Part shown: positions 13,049 to 24,809 of the stretch, piece after piece
How positions within the stretch are numbered: the first letter of the stretch is position 1
Layout of the letters: the number at the start of each line of letters is the position of its first letter
DNA from: the human T2T-CHM13v2.0 reference genome, Homo sapiens
Length of the DNA stretch: 64,000 nt
Strand: one strand, 5' to 3'
Assembly (NCBI RefSeq): GCF_009914755.1
Contig: NC_060926.1
Position numbers and translations under genes: made by a program
Notes under the pieces: generated by a model
The model's input: the letters and a program-made list of their open reading frames with translations, nothing else
The model's database searches: none
What the model was told of the DNA's origin: nothing

Positions 13049-15768
13049 GCATTCTCAGAAGCTTCATTGGGATGGTTCAATTGAAGTCACAGTGTTGAAC
13101 AGTCCCTTTCATAGAGCAGGTTTGAAACACTCTTTTTGTAGTATCTGGATGTGGACATTTGGAGCGCTTTCAGGCCTATGGTTTAACAGGAAATATCTTC
13201 CCCTGAAAACTAGACAGAAGCATTCTCAGAAACTTATTTGTGATGTGCGCCCTCAACTAACAGTGTTGATGCATTCTTTTGATAGAGCAGTTTTGAAACA
13301 CTCTTTTTGTGGAATCTGCAAGTGGATATTTGTCTAGCTTTGAGGATTTCGTTGGAAACGGGATTAATTATAAAAAGCAGACAGCAGCATTCCCAGAATC
13401 TTGTTTGTGATGTTTGCATTCAAGTCACAGAGTTGAACATTCCCTTTCAGAGAGCAGGTTTGAAACACTCTTTTTATAGTATCTGGATGTGGACATTTGG
13501 AGCGCTTTCAGGCCTATGATGAAAAAGGAAATATCTTCTCCTGAAAACTAGACAGAAGCATTCTCAGAATCTTATTTGTGATGTGCGCCCTCAACTAACA
13601 GTGTTGAAGCTTTCTTTTGATAGAGCAGTTTTGAAACACTCTTTTCGTAAAATCTGCAAGAGGATATTTGGATAGCTTTGAGGATTTCGTTGGAAACGGG
13701 ATTGTCTTCATATAAACTCTAGACAGAAGCATTCTCAGAAGCTTCATTGGGATGTTTCAATTGAAGTCACAGTGTTGAACAGTCCCTTTCATAGAGCAGG
13801 TTTGAAACACTCTTTTTGTAGTATCTGGAAGTGGACATTTGGAGAGATCTCAGGAATACGGTGATAAAGGTAATATCTTCCAATAAAAGCTAGATAGAAG
13901 CAATGTCAGAAACTTTTTCATGATGTATCTACTCAGCTAACAGAGTTGAACCTTTCTTTTGAGAGAGCAGTTTTGAAACACTCTTTTTGTGGAATCTGCA
14001 AGTGGATATTTGTCTAGCTTTGAGGATTTCGTTGGAAACGGGATTACATATAAAAAGCAGACAGCAGCATTCCCAGTAACTTCTTTGTGATGTTTGCATT
14101 CAAGTCACAGAGTTGAACATTCCCTTTCATAGAGCAGGTTTGAAACACTTTTTTTGTAGTATCTGGATGTGGACATTTGGAGCGCTTTCAGGCCTATGGT
14201 GAAAAAGGAAATATCTTCCAATAAAAGCTACATAGAAGCAATGTCAGAAACTTTTTCATGATGTATCTACTCAGCTAACAGAGTTGAACCTTTCTTTTGA
14301 GAGAGCAGTTTTGAAACACTCTTTTTGTAAAATCTGCAAGAGGATATTTGGATAGCTTTGAGGATTTCGTTGGAAACGGGATTGTCTTCATATAAACTCT
14401 AGACAGAAGCATTCTCAGAAGCTTCATTGGGATGTTTCAATTGAAGTCACAGTGTTGAACAGTCCCTTTCATAGAGCAGGTTTGAAACACTCTTTTTGTA
14501 GTATCTGGATGTGGACATTTGGAGCGCTTTCAGGCCTATGGTTTAAAAGGAAATATCTTCCCCTGAAAACTAGACAGAAGCATTCTCAGAAACTTATTTG
14601 TGATGTGCGCCCTCAACTAACAGTGTTGAAGCATTCTTTTGATAGAGCAGTTTTGAAACACTCTTTTTGTGGAATCTGCAAGTGGATATTTGTCTAGCTT
14701 TGAGGATTTCGTTGGAAACGGGATTAATTATAAAAAGCAGACAGCAGCATTCCCAGAATCTTGTTTGTGATGTTTGCATTCAAGTCACAGAGTTGAACAT
14801 TCCCTTTCAGAGAGCAGGTTTGAAACACTCTTTTTATAGTATCTGGATGTGGACATTTGGAGCGCTTTCAGGCCTATGATGAAAAAGGAAATATCTTCTC
14901 CTGAAAACTAGACAGAAGCATTCTCAGAATCTTATTTGTGATGTGCGCCCTCAACTAACAGTGTTGAAGCTTTCTTTTGATAGAGCAGTTTTGAAACACT
15001 CTTTTCGTAAAATCTGCAAGAGGATATTTGGATAGCTTTGAGGATTTCGTTGGAAACGGGATTGTCTTCATATAAACTCTAGACAGAAGCATTCTCAGAA
15101 GCTTCATTGGGATGTTTCAATTGAAGTCACAGTGTTGAACAGTCCCTTTCATAGAGCAGGTTTGAAACACTCTTTTTGTAGTATCTGGAAGTGGACATTT
15201 GGAGAGATCTCAGGAATACGGTGATAAAGGTAATATCTTCCAATAAAAGCTAGATAGAAGCAATGTCAGAAACTTTTTCATGATGTATCTACTCAGCTAA
15301 CAGAGTTGAACCTTTCTTTTGAGAGAGCAGTTTTGAAACACTCTTTTTGTGGAATCTGCAAGTGGATATTTGTCTAGCTTTGAGGATTTCGTTGGAAACG
15401 GGATTACATATAAAAAGCAGACAGCAGCATTCCCAGTAACTTCTTTGTGATGTTTGCATTCAAGTCACAGAGTTGAACATTCCCTTTCATAGAGCAGGTT
15501 TGAAACACTTTTTTTGTAGTATCTGGATGTGGACATTTGGAGCGCTTTCAGGCCTATGGTGAAAAAGGAAATATCTTCCAATAAAAGCTACATAGAAGCA
15601 ATGTCAGAAACTTTTTCATGATGTATCTACTCAGCTAACAGAGTTGAACCTTTCTTTTGAGAGAGCAGTTTTGAAACACTCTTTTTGTAAAATCTGCAAG
15701 AGGATATTTGGATAGCTTTGAGGATTTCGTTGGAAACGGGATTGTCTTCATATAAACTCTAGACAGAA
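13049..15768 (+). repeat. Two further tandem copies of the 1360-bp 8-mer
   Basis: ORF spacing 13092-14452-15812; same monomer order as 6591-9310, shifted by 6458. Confidence 0.88.
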
Positions 15769-18499
15769 GCATTCTCAGAAGCGTCATTGGGATGTTTCAA
15801 TTGAAGTCACAGTGTTGAACAGTCCCTTTCATAGAGCAGGTTTGAAACACTCTTTTTGTAGTATCTGGATGTGGACATTTGGAGCGCTTTCAGGCCTATG
15901 GTTTAAAAGGAAATATCTTCCCCTGAAAACTAGACAGAAGCATTCTCAGAAACTTATTTGTGATGTGCGCCCTCAACTAACAGTGTTGAACCTTTCTTTT
16001 GATAGAGCAGTTTTGAAACACTCTTTTTGTAATATCTGCAAGAGGATATTTGGATAGCTTTGAGGATTTCGTTGGAAACGGGATTACATATAAAAAGCAG
16101 ACAGCAGCATTCCCAGAAACTTCTTTGTGATGTTTGCATTCAAGTCACAGAGTTGAACATTCCCTTTCATAGAGCAGGTTTGAAACACTCTTTTTGTAGT
16201 ATCTGGATGTGGACATTTGCAGCGCTTTCAGGCCTAAGGTGAAAAAGGAAATATCTTCCCCTGAAAACTAGACAGAAGCATTCTCAGAAACTTATTTGTG
16301 ATGTGCGCCCTCAACTAACAGTGTTGAACCTTTCTTTTGATAGAGCAGTTTTGAAACACTCTTTTTGTAATATCTGCAAGAGGATATTTGGATAGCTTTG
16401 AGGATTTCGTTGGAAACGGGATTGTCTTCATATAAACTCTAGACAGAAGCATTCTCAGAAGCTTCATTGGGATGTTTCAATTGAAGTCACAGTGTTGAAC
16501 AGTCCCTTTCATAGAGCAGGTTTGAAACACTCTTTTTGTAGTATCTGGATGTGGACATTTGGAGCGCTTTCAGGCCTATGGTTTAAAAGGAAATATCTTC
16601 CCCTGAAAACTAGACAGAAGCATTCTCAGAAACTTATTTGTGATGTGCGCCCTCAACTAACAGTGTTGAAGCATTCTTTTGATAGAGCAGTTTTGAAACA
16701 CTCTTTTTGTGGAATCTGCAAGTGGATATATGTCTAGCTTTGAGGATTTCGTTGGAAACGGGATTAATTATAAAAAGCAGACAGCAGCATTCCCAGAATC
16801 TTGTTTGTGATGTTTGCATTCAAGTCACAGAGTTGAACATTCCCTTTCAGAGAGCAGGTTTGAAACACTCTTTTTATAGTATCTGGATGTGGACATTTGG
16901 AGCGCTTTCAGGCCTATGATGAAAAAGGAAATATCTTCTCCTGAAAACTAGACAGAAGCATTCTCAGAATCTTATTTGTGATGTGCGCCCTCAACTAACA
17001 GTGTTGAAGCTTTCTTTTGATAGAGCAGTTTTGAAACACTCTTTTCGTAAAATCTGCAAGAGGATATTTGGATAGCTTTGAGGATTTCGTTGGAAACGGG
17101 ATTGTCTTCATATAAACTCTAGACAGAAGCATTCTCAGAAGCTTCATTGGGATGTTTCAATTGAAGTCACAGTGTTGAACAGTCCCTTTCATAGAGCAGG
17201 TTTGAAACACTCTTTTTGTAGTATCTGGAAGTGGACATTTGGAGAGATCTCAGGAATACGGTGATAAAGGTAATATCTTCCAATAAAAGCTAGATAGAAG
17301 CAATGTCAGAAACTTTTTCATGATGTATCTACTCAGCTAACAGAGTTGAACCTTTCTTTTGAGAGAGCAGTTTTGAAACACTCTTTTTGTGGAATCTGCA
17401 AGTGGATATTTGTCTAGCTTTGAGGATTTCGTTGGAAACGGGATTACATATAAAAAGCAGACAGCAGCATTCCCAGTAACTTCTTTGTGATGTTTGCATT
17501 CAAGTCAGAGAGTTGAACATTCCCTTTCATAGAGCAGGTTTGAAACACTCTTTTTGAAGTATCTGGTTGTGGACATTTGGAGCGCTTTCTGGCCTATGGT
17601 GAAAAAGGAAATATCTTCCCCTGAAAACTAGACAGAAGCATTCTCAGAAACTTATTTGTGATGTGCGCCCTCAACTAACAGTGTTGAACCTTTCTTTTGA
17701 TAGAGCAGTTTTGAAACACTCTTTTTGTAATATCTGCAAGAGGATATTTGGATAGCTTTGAGGATTTCGTTGGAAACGGGATTGTCTTCATATAAACTCT
17801 AGACAGAAGCATTCTCAGAAGCTTCATTGGGATGTTTCAATTGAAGTCACAGTGTTGAACAGTCCCTTTCATAGAGCAGGTTTGAAACACTCTTTTTGTA
17901 GTATCTGGAAGTGGACATTTGGAGCGCTCTCAGGACTACGATGATAAAGGAAATATCTTCCAATAAAAGCTAGATAGAAGCAATGTCAGAAACTTTTTCA
18001 TGATGTATCTACTCAGCTAACAGAGTTGAACCTTTCTTTTGAGAGAGCAGTTTTGAAACACTCTTTTTGTGGAATCTGCAAGTGGATATTTGTCTAGCTT
18101 TGAGGATTTCGTTGGAAACGGGATTACATATAAAAAGCAGACAGCAGCATTCCCAGAATCTTCTTTGTGATGTTTGCATTCAAGTCACAGAGTTGAACAT
18201 TCCCTTTCATAGAGCAGGTTTGAAACACTCTTTTTGTAGTATCTGGATGTGGACATTTGGAGCGCTTTCAGGCCTATGGTGAAAAAGGAAATATCTTCCC
18301 CTGAAAACTAGACAGAAGCATTCTCAGAATCTTATTTGTGATGTGCGCCCTCAACTAACAGTGTTCAAGCTTTCTTTTGATAGAGCAGTTTTGAAACACT
18401 CTTTTTGTAATATCTGCAAGAGGATATTTGGATAGCTTTGAGGATTTCGTTGGAAACGGGTTTGTCTTCATATAAATTCTAGACAGAAGCATTCTCAGA

Positions 18500-21120
18500 A
18501 GCTTCATTGGGATGTTTCAATTGAAGTCACAGTGTTGAACAGTTCCTTTCATAGAACAGGTTTGAAACACTCTTTTTGTAGTATCTGGAAGTGGACATTT
18601 GGAGCGCTCTCAGGACTATGGTGAAAAAGGAAATATCTTCCAATAAAAGCTACATAGAAGCAATGTCAGAAACTTTTTCATGATGTATCTACTCAGCTAA
18701 CAGAGTTGAACCTTTCCTTTGAGAGAGCAGTTTTGAAACACTCTTTTTGTGGAATCTGCAAGTGGATATTTGTCTAGCTTTGAGGATTTCGTTGGAAACG
18801 GGATTACATATAAAAAGCAGACAGCAGCATTCCCAGTAACTTCTTTGTGATGTTTGCATTCAAGTCACAGAGTTGAACATTGCCTTTCATAGAGCAGGTT
18901 TCAAACACTCTTTTTGTAGTATCTGGATGTGGACATTTGGAGCGCTTTCAGGCCTATGGTGAAAAAGGAAATATCTTCCCCTGAAAACTAGACAGAAGCA
19001 TTCTCAGAATCTTATTTGTGATGTGCGCCCTCAACTAACAGTGTTGAAGCTTTCTTTTGATAGAGCAGTTTTGAAACACTCTTTTTGTAAAATCTGCAAG
19101 AGGATATTTGGATAGCTTTGAGGATTTCGTTGGAAACGGGATTGTCTTCATATAAACTCTAGACAGAAGCATTCTCAGAAGCTTCATTGGGATGTTTCAA
19201 TTGAAGTCACAGTGTTGAACAGTCCCTTTCATAAAGCAGGTTTCAAACACTCTTTTTGTAGTATCTGGATGTGGACATTTGGAGCGCTTTCAGGCCTATG
19301 GTTTAAAAGGAAATATCTTCCCCTGAAAACTAGACAGAAGCATTCTCAGAAACTTATTTGTGATGTGCGCCCTCAACTAACAGTGTTGAAGCATTCTTTT
19401 GATAGAGCAGTTTTGAAACACTCTTTTTGTGGAATCTGCAAGTGGATATTTGTCTAGCTTTGAGGATTTCGTTGGAAACGGGATTACATATGAAAAGCAG
19501 ACAGCAGCATTCCCAGAAACTTCTTTGTGATGTTTGCATTCAAGTCACAGAGTTGAACATTCCCTTTCATAGAGCAGGTTTGAAACACTCTTTTTGTAGT
19601 ATCTGGATGTGGACATTTGGAGCGCTTTCAGGCCTATGGTGAAAAAGGAAATATCTTCCCCTGAAAACTAGACAGAAGCATTCTCAGAAACTTATTTGTG
19701 ATGTGCGCCCTCAACTAACAGTGTTGAAGCTTTCTTTTGATAGAGCAGTTTTGAAACACTCTTTTTGTAATATCTGCAAGAGGATAATTGGATAGCTTTG
19801 AGGATTTCGTTGGAAACGGGATTAATTATAAAAAGCAGACAGCAGCATTCCCAGAATCTTGTTTGTGATGTTTGCATTCAAGTCACAGAGTTGAACATTC
19901 CCTTTCAGAGAGCAGGTTTGAAACACTCTTTTTATAGTATCTGGATGTGGACATTTGGAGCGCTTTCAGGCCTATGGTGAAAAAGGAAATATCTTCTCCT
20001 GAAAACTAGACAGAAGCATTCTCAGAATCTTATTTGTGATGTGCGCCCTCAACTAACAGTGTTGAAGCTTTCTTTTGATAGAGCAGTTTTGAAACACTCT
20101 TTTCGTAAAATCTGCAAGAGGATATTTTGATAGCTTTGAGGATTTCGTTGGAAACGGGATTGTCTTCATATAAACTCTAGACAGAAGCATTCTCAGAAGC
20201 TTCATTGGGATGTTTCAATTGAAGTCACAGTGTTGAACAGTCCCTTTCATAGAGCAGGTTTGAAACACTCTTTTTGTAGTATCTGGAAGTGGACATTTGG
20301 AGAGATCTCAGGAATACGGTGATAAAGGAAATATCTTCCAATAAAAGCTAGATAGAAGCAATGTCAGAAACTTTTTCATGATGTATCTACTCAGCTAACA
20401 GAGTTGAACCTTTCTTTTGAGAGAGCAGTTTTGAAACACTCTTTTTGTGGAATCTGCAAGTAGATATTTGTCTAGCTTTGAGGATTTCGTTGGAAACGGG
20501 ATTACATATAAAAAGCAGACAGCAGCATTCCCAGTAACTTCTTTGTGAGGTTTGCATTCAAGTGACAGAGTTGAACATTCCCTTTCATAGAGCAGGTTTG
20601 AAACACTCTTTTTGTAGTATCTGGATGTGGACATTTGGAGCGCTTTCAAGCCTATGGTGAAAAAGGAAATATCTTCCAATAAAAGCTACATAGAAGCAAT
20701 GTCAGAAACTTTTTCATGATGTATCTACTCAGCTAACAGAGTTGAACCTTTCTTTTGAGAGAGCAGTTTTGAAACACTCTTTTTGTGGAATCTGGAAGTG
20801 GATATTTGTCTAGCTTTGAGGATTTCGTTGGAAACGGGATTACATATAAAAAGCAGACAGCAGCATTCCCAGTAACTTCTTTGTGACGTTTGCATTCAAG
20901 TCACAGAGCTGAACATTCCCTTTCATAGAGCAGGTTTGAAACACTCTTTTTGTAGTATCTGGATGTGGACATTTGGAGCGCTTTCAGGCCTATGGTGAAA
21001 AAGGAAATATCTTCCCCTGAAAACTAGACAGAAGAATTCTCAGAATCTTATTTGTGATGTGCGCCATCAACTAACAGTGTTGAAGCTTTCTTTTGATAGA
21101 GCAGTTTTGAAACACTCTTT
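18500..21120 (+). repeat. ~2.6-kb block repeated at +6448 (~24950-27570) and partly at ~40580-42600
   Basis: ORFs at 19212, 19427, 19692 and 20395 recur at +6448; the first three recur again at 41293, 41508 and 41773. Shared private variants: attgccttt, ataaagcaggtttcaaac, atatgaaaag, ggataattgg. Confidence 0.87.
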
Positions 21121-21869
21121 TTGTGGAATCTGCAAGTGGATATTTGTCTAGCTTTGAGGATTTCGTTGGAAACGGGATTACATATAAAAAGCAGACAGCA
21201 GCATTCCCAGAAACTTCTTTGTGATGTTTGCATTCACGTCACAGAGTTGAACATTCCTTTTCATAGAGCAGGTTTGAAACACTCTTTTTGTAGTATCTGG
21301 ATGTGGACATTTGGAGCGCTTTCAGGCCAATGGTGAAAAAGGAAATATCTTCCCCTGAAAACTAGACAGAAGCATTCTCAGAAACTTATTTGTGATGTGC
21401 GCCCTCAACTAACAGTGTGGAAGCTTTCTTTTGATAGAGCAGTTTTGAAACACTCTTTTTGTAATATCTGCAAGAGGATATTTAGATAGCTTTGAGGATT
21501 TCGTTGGAAACGGGATTAATTATAAAAAGCAGATAGCAGCATTCCCAGAATCTTGTTTGTGATGTTTGCATTCAAGTCACAGAGTTGAACATTCCCTTTC
21601 AGAGAGCAGGTTTGAAACACTCTTTTTGTAGTATCTGGATGTGGACATTTGGAGCGCTTTCAGGCCTATGGTGAAAAAGGAAATATCTTCTCCTGAAAAC
21701 TAGACAGAAGCATTCTCAGAATCTTATTTGTGATGTGCGCCCTCAACTAACAGTGTTGAAGCTTTCTTTTGATAGAGCAGTTTTGAAACACTCTTTTCGT
21801 AAAATCTGCAAGAGGATATTTGGATAGCTTTGAGGATTTCGTTGGAAACGGGATTGTCTTCATATAAAC
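20176..21869 (+). repeat. 10-mer HOR structural variant (1694 bp)
   Basis: XbaI sites at 20176 and 21870 with none seen between; 342+4x338. Confidence 0.8.
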
Positions 21870-24245
21870 TCTAGACAGAAGCATTCTCAGAAGCTTCATT
21901 GGGATGTTTCAATTGAAGTCACAGTGTTGAACAGTCCCTTTCATAGAGCAGGTTTGAAACACTCTTTTTGTAGTATCTGGAAGTGGACATTTGGAGAGAT
22001 CTCAGGAATACGGTGATAAAGGTAATATCTTCCAATAAAAGCTAGATAGAAGCAATGTCAGAAACTTTTTCATGATGTATCTACTCAGCTAACAGAGTTG
22101 AACCTTTCTTTTGAGAGAGCAGTTTTGAAACACTCTTTTTGTGGAATCTGCAAGTGGATATTTGTCTAGCTTTGAGGATTGCGTTGGAAACGGGATTACA
22201 TATAAAAAGCAGACAGCAGCATTCCCAGTAACTTCTTTGTGATGTTTCCATTCAAGTCACAGAGTTGAACATTCCCTTTCATAGAGCAGGTTTGAAACAC
22301 TTTTTTTGTAGTATCTGGATGTGGACATTTGGAGCGCTTTCAGGCCTATGGTGAAAAAGGAAATATATTCCAATAAAAGCTAGATAGAAGCAATGTCAGA
22401 AACTTTTTCATGATGTATCTACTCAGCTAACAGAGTTGAACCTTTCTTTTGAGAGAGCAGTTTTGAAACACTCTTTTTGTAAAATCTGCAAGAGGATATT
22501 TGGATAGCTTTGAGGATTTCGTTGGAAACGGGATTGTCTTCATATAAACTCTAGACAGAAGCATTCTCAGAAGCGTCATTGGGATGTTTCAATTGAAGTC
22601 ACAGTGTTGAACATTCCCTTTCATAGAGCAGGTTTGAAACACTCTTTTTGTAGTATCTGGATGTGGACATTTGGAGCGCTTTCAGGCCTATGGTTTAAAA
22701 GGAAATATCTTCCCCTGAAAACTAGACAGAAGCATTCTCAGAAACTTATTTGTGATGTGCGCCTTCAACTAACAGTGTTGAAGCATTCTTTTGATAGAGC
22801 AGTTTTGAAACACTCTTTTTGTGGAATCTGCAAGTGGATATTTGTCTAGCTTTGAGGATTTCGTTGGAAACGGGATTACATATAAAAAGCAGACAGCAGC
22901 ATTCCCAGAAACTTCTTTGTGATGTTTGCATTCAAGTCACAGAGTTGAACATTCCCTTTCAGAGAGCAGGTTTGAAACACTCTTTTTGTAGTATCTGGAT
23001 GTGGACATTTGGAGCGCTTTCAGGCCTATGGTGAAAAAGGAAATATCTTCCCCTGAAAACTAGACAGAAGCATTCTCAGAATCTTATTTGTGATGTGCGC
23101 CCTCAACTAACAGTGTTGAAGCTTTCTTTTGATAGAGCAGTTTTGAAACACTCTTTTTGTAAAATCTGCAAGAGGATATTTGGATAGCTTTGAGGATTTC
23201 GTTGGAAACGGGATTGTCTTCATATAAACTCTAGACAGAAGCATTCTCAGAAGCTTCATTGGGATGTTTCAATTGAAGTCACAGTGTTGAACAGTCCCTT
23301 TCATAGAGCAGGTTTGAAACACTCTTTTTGTAGTATCTGGAAGTGGACATTTGGAGCGCTCTCAGGACTGCGGTGAAAAAGGAAATATCTTCCAATAAAA
23401 GCTAGATAGAAGCAATGTCAGAAACTTTTTCATGATGTATCTACTCAGCTAACAGAGTTGAACCTTCCTTTGAGAGAGCAGTTTTGAAACACTCTTTTTG
23501 TGGAATCTGCAAGTGGATATTTGTCTAGCTTTGAGGATTTCGTTGGAAACGGGATTACATATAAAAAGCAGACAGCAGCATTCCCAGAAACTTCTTTGTG
23601 ATGTTTGCATTCAAGTCACAGAGTTGAACATTCCCTTTCATAGAGCAGGTTTGAAACACTCTTTTTGTAGTATCTGGATGTGGACATTTGCAGCGCTTTC
23701 AGGCATAAGGTGAAAAAGGAAATATCTTCCCCTGAAAACTACACAGAAGCATTCTCAGAAACTTATTTGTGATGTGCGCCCTCAACTAACAGTGTTGAAG
23801 CTTTCTTTTGATAGAGCAGTTTTGAAACACTCTTTTTGTAATATCTGCAAGAGGATATTTGGATAGCTTTGAGGATTTCGTTGGAAACGGGATTGTCTTC
23901 ATATAAACTCTAGACAGAAGCATTCTCAGAAGCTTCGTTGGGATGTTTCAATTGAAGTCACAGTGTTGAACAGTTCCTTTCATAGAACAGGTTTGAAACA
24001 CTCTTTTTGTAGTATCTGGAAGTGGACATTTGGAGCGCTCTCAGGACTGCGGTGAAAAAGGATATATCTTCCAATAAAAGCTAGATAGAAGCAATGTCAG
24101 AAACTTTTTCATGATGTATCTACTCAGCTAACAGAGTTGAACGTTTCTTTTGAGAGAGCAGTTTTGAAACACTCTTTTTGTGGAATCTGCAAGTGGATAT
24201 TTGTCTAGCTTTGAGGATTTCGTTGGAAACGGGATTACATATAAA
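21121..24245 (+). repeat. Block re-found at +36698 (57819-~60450) and +39755 (60876-64000)
   Basis: ORF offsets 21121/57819/60876, 22604/59302/62359 and 23498/60196/63253. Shared variants: cacgtcac, ggccaatgg, gtgtggaagc, gattgcgttgg, atattccaat. Confidence 0.88.
22179..22195 (+). promoter_or_regulatory. Disrupted CENP-B box (TTCG to TGCG)
   Basis: TTGCGTTGGAAACGGGA. Confidence 0.88.
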
Positions 24246-24809
24246 AAGCAGACAGCAGCATTCCCAGTACCTTCTTTGTGATGTTTGCATTCAAGTCACA
24301 GAGTTGAACATTCCCTTTCATAGAGCAGGTTTGAAACACTTTTTTTGTAGTATCTGGATGTGGACATTTGGAGCGATTTCAGGCCTATGGTGAAAAAGGA
24401 AATATCTTCCAATAAAAGCTACATAGAAGCAATGTCAGAAACTTTTTCATGATGTATCTACTCAGCTAACAGAGTTGAACCTTTCTTTTGAGAGAGCAGT
24501 TTTGAAACACTCTTTTTGTGGAATCTGGAAGTGGATATTTGTCTAGCTTTGAGGATTTCGTTGGAAACGGGATTACATATAAAAAGCAGACAGCAGCATT
24601 CCCAGTAACTTCTTTGTGATGTTTGCATTCAAGTCACAGAGTTGAACATTCCCTTTCATAGAGCAGGTTTGAAACACTCTTTTTGTAGTATCTGGATGTG
24701 GACATTTGGAGCGCTTTCAGGCCTATGGTGAAAAAGGAAATATCTTCCCCAGAAAACTAGACAGAAGCATTCTCAGAATCTTATTTGTGATGTGCGCCCT
24801 CAACTAACA

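Larger units (their letters stand above)
6200..18873 (+). repeat. Near-tandem duplication, period 6458 bp (38 monomers)
   Basis: ORFs at 6634, 7994, 9354, 10249 and 11609 recur at +6458. Private variants ggtttaacagg (6729/13187) and gttgatgcattc were seen only in these two copies. Confidence 0.88.
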
